The notes under the pieces are model-generated. The model was not told where the DNA came from. It was given only the letters and a program-made list of their open reading frames with translations, and searched no databases. DNA of 62,054 bases, counting the filler, from Nemertoderma westbladi (taxonomy: Eukaryota; Animalia; Xenacoelomorpha): NCBI GenBank assembly GCA_032718475.1. It is 3 parts of 3 records of this genome, joined end to end, with 100 filler letters (N's around TTAATTAATTAA, not from the genome) between each part and the next. Parts side by side here need not be neighbours in the genome. Positions count along the whole stretch, not along the records: positions 51,372 to 62,054 come from JAUCBJ010002186.1; 2 more parts are not named here. One strand, written 5' to 3'. Both the position numbers and the translations under genes were made by a program. Of this stretch, positions 59,424-62,054 are shown in pieces. The stretch's first letter is position 1; each line of letters starts with the position of its first letter.

Positions 59424-60441
59424 TATTTATTATTTAATTTAGTTATCTCATTTAGGCTACTTATACTTAATATTCCTAGCTCTAAAATTCCAACTCAGTT
59501 TTTCGAAAAGTTATTTATTTATTAACAATAATTATTTACTAATTAGAATAGTTGTGTGATAATGTCAATGTGTAGTCAAATTAGACATGCAGGTATTTTA
59601 ATATCATGATTTTCGATTTGGTTCTATTATGTAATAAAAATTTAAAAACAATTTCGATTATTCTTATTCAACAAAATGTACACCGGCATATATATTCTTG
59701 CGCCACTAATTAATATTTTCTCCCACCTAATATAATATCTATAACCTCCAAAAAAATAATTTACACGTCTTGGATCTCCATTTCCTTTAAATATTTTTCC
59801 GGCATTCAATATGATATGAGTTGGTGACCATTTATTTGTTTTAAATTAGTAATAATTATTATTAGTAATATTTATTATTAGTAACATTATTAGTAATAAT
59901 TGTTATTTAATTATAATTACAATTTTAATAATTGTTTTCAAGTGTGATCTCGTTAAATTTTAATAAATTTTGATCTGAGTTTAATTGGTACAAGTTTCCC
60001 CAAGTGATTATTGGTTCATTTCTGCTCACACTCGCAATAAACTAGCTCATAAAATCTGTTTTTTACTCTTAAAATAGCTGCCTCGCTCTCTGTATTCACT
60101 ACTTTTTTGATTTCCAAGTTTTTGTTTATTATTCTGGCTTTGATGTGACACCAACATTATGGAATCTTCCTACATTACTAACTCCTAACAATCCAACTCA
60201 CCCAACGCTACCCGTAGCTTCTGCTTTGTGCAGTAATTAGAGACTCAGTACCAACCGTTACGAGTAGCTATATATATTGGCCGCCGCCATATATTTATTT
60301 TGTTGGCGTCTCGATTTGGGGCGCGCCGGATGCTTTCATTTTGTGCTACTTTTTTCCCGACCTAAATGGATGGGAAGACGAAAATACGTTAATTTTTTAT
60401 ATCAAAATTATAAACGGGATTCTAAACTTGTGATATAAATT

Positions 60442-60485
60442 ATGGCCGTAAAGCTCAACTTACAAGAAACGTTTTCTCTTGTTTG
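60442..60485 (+). CDS. Possible short first coding exon of an unidentified gene
   Basis: ATG GCC GTA AAG CTC AAC...GTT TG|GTAAGT, downstream of a CpG-rich patch at ~60280-60330. No homology recognised. Confidence 0.2.
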
Positions 60486-60547
60486 GTAAGTTAATATTCA
60501 TCGAAAGTTTACCGGATATCCGTTTCGGACCGATATTAACAACACAT

Positions 60548-60974
60548 CTGGGGCGTAGCGCGGGGGGGGGGGATGTTCCCCCGGGCGCACTCACCCAGGG
60601 GCGCTGAAATGCCAGGCAAATGTCAGGGTATTCTTGTAAAAATAAGACAAATCAGTGAAAAGTCAGAGATTGTGATACAGTATTTACGCGAAAAATGTAA
60701 AAATGTTCTCTGCTCGCCTCGCTCGCCATTCAATATATATACAGAGGTACAGTATTATCATTTCACTATATCAAACTTGTCTATAATATATTTGATATAG
60801 TTATATACTGTTAGTAAACTGTTTTTTAATCTTTTTTTAATATTATATACTGTTATATAATATTAAAAAAAAACCGTCATAAATGAAAAGTTAAAATTAT
60901 TGAAGGGGGGGGGGGGGGGGGGGGGCTATCTCAGCTTCATTCCCCGGGCGCCAGAAGGGCTCGCTACGCCTCTG
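60548..60974. mobile_element. hAT-like MITE with 8-bp target-site duplication
   Basis: TSD CAACACAT at 60540-60547 and 60975-60982; TIRs CTGGGGCGTAGCG / CGCTACGCCTCTG. Confidence 0.85.
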
Positions 60975-62054
60975 CAACACATATCCGGTGCACCCCTATT
61001 CATGGTTATCACGAATTTATTTTTTACATTATATTCGAAATTCTTGATAAATAGTTGAAACTCAATGTGGGAGATTTTCACCTCGGGTGCAGTAACCAGT
61101 AATGTAATGTTACAATAATAGTGATAATGTAAGTAAACCTTGTGGCGGGTAAACACTTTACAGCCCCAGTGTTCTATACTTGCCTTGCTTAGTCTTTAAA
61201 TAAATTCTCTGGGTTATAGTCCTGTAAAGCTTGAGATCCGCAGTAATGTAAATCATTATTTAGTAATTTAATTATATCTATTATATCTGCTTGGAACTGA
61301 TATTATTCGAGGCGGTAACTCGTTCGTTTATGTTTCTTTCAGCAAAAAGGACAATATATTCATTTATTTGTAACTTATACCATTCATCAAGTCTTTGTTT
61401 GAATTTTGTAGGTTTACTAGTATTATTACGGTATTTCAACATTAATTAACCCACGTGACTTTACATAATGTGTTAGCACATTATTCACTTGGGATAAAGA
61501 AAGCCACAAATTTGCATTATTATATCATACACCGCCTGTCTTTGTTTTGTTTCGAAATGTTACAACTTTGGAACAAAACTACATTGTGTCTATATTTGCA
61601 CTCACTGACTACATTCGTTTGCGTGTAACAAACCTTTAGGAGCCGCACACTGTAACGTGCTGCGTTACACACAATGTAAATAAATAGTTATTATTGCAAT
61701 TCAAACTTTTTGATTACCGGTATAGTAAGTAACCCATTTTTAATTTTCAAAAGCCAAGCTTTTAGCTTGTAGGGTAAGCTGTATTCAGTTACAGCCTACT
61801 CAGATTCACAAATTTTTTACATATTATTATTTACTGTTGCGTCTGTATTATTTTGCTATCACTATTTATATGTCCTAGAGTTATTTATGTTTGAAAAATT
61901 AATCAGGAATAATGTGTTATATATATTTTCTCGTATTCAAAATTTATCCAAATGATTCAAATATTTAATTGTGAATTTTTCGAATTAATTAAGATTTGTT
62001 CTTTTTATGTTCTACCACCGTGCTCCACTGGTAAGATATAAGTCATAAGTTCCA

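Overview
AT-rich, intron-containing animal (invertebrate-like) genomic DNA. It is split into three blocks by two 100-nt N gaps (20019-20118, 51272-51371) carrying an artificial-looking TTAATTAATTAA linker, so adjacency across the gaps is uncertain. Block 1: intronless hexokinase (-), one exon of mitochondrial Phe-tRNA synthetase (+), a galactose-3-O-sulfotransferase-like gene (+), decayed RTE LINEs, MITEs and long minisatellites. Block 2: an apparently intact Ty3/Gypsy-like LTR retrotransposon (-) with a -1 frameshift signal and an atypical primer-binding site. It also holds a partial AMPA-type glutamate receptor gene (+, 12 exons traced, 28315-47982) whose introns contain an antisense CCDC73-like gene, a GPCR terminal exon, LINE fragments, MITEs and a CRE retroelement. 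Block 3: truncated piggyBac transposase, intronless CYFIP (+) and MITEs. The most striking pattern is that large tandem arrays are amplified copies of functional boundaries. Three arrays in the glutamate receptor gene are each a repeated exon-intron junction (two splice donors, one in-frame acceptor). A fourth repeats the stop-codon end of the sulfotransferase, and a fifth repeats the 3' end of an RTE LINE. Most very long ORFs in the supplied track are artefacts of these arrays. All family assignments come from motif recognition, not database searches.
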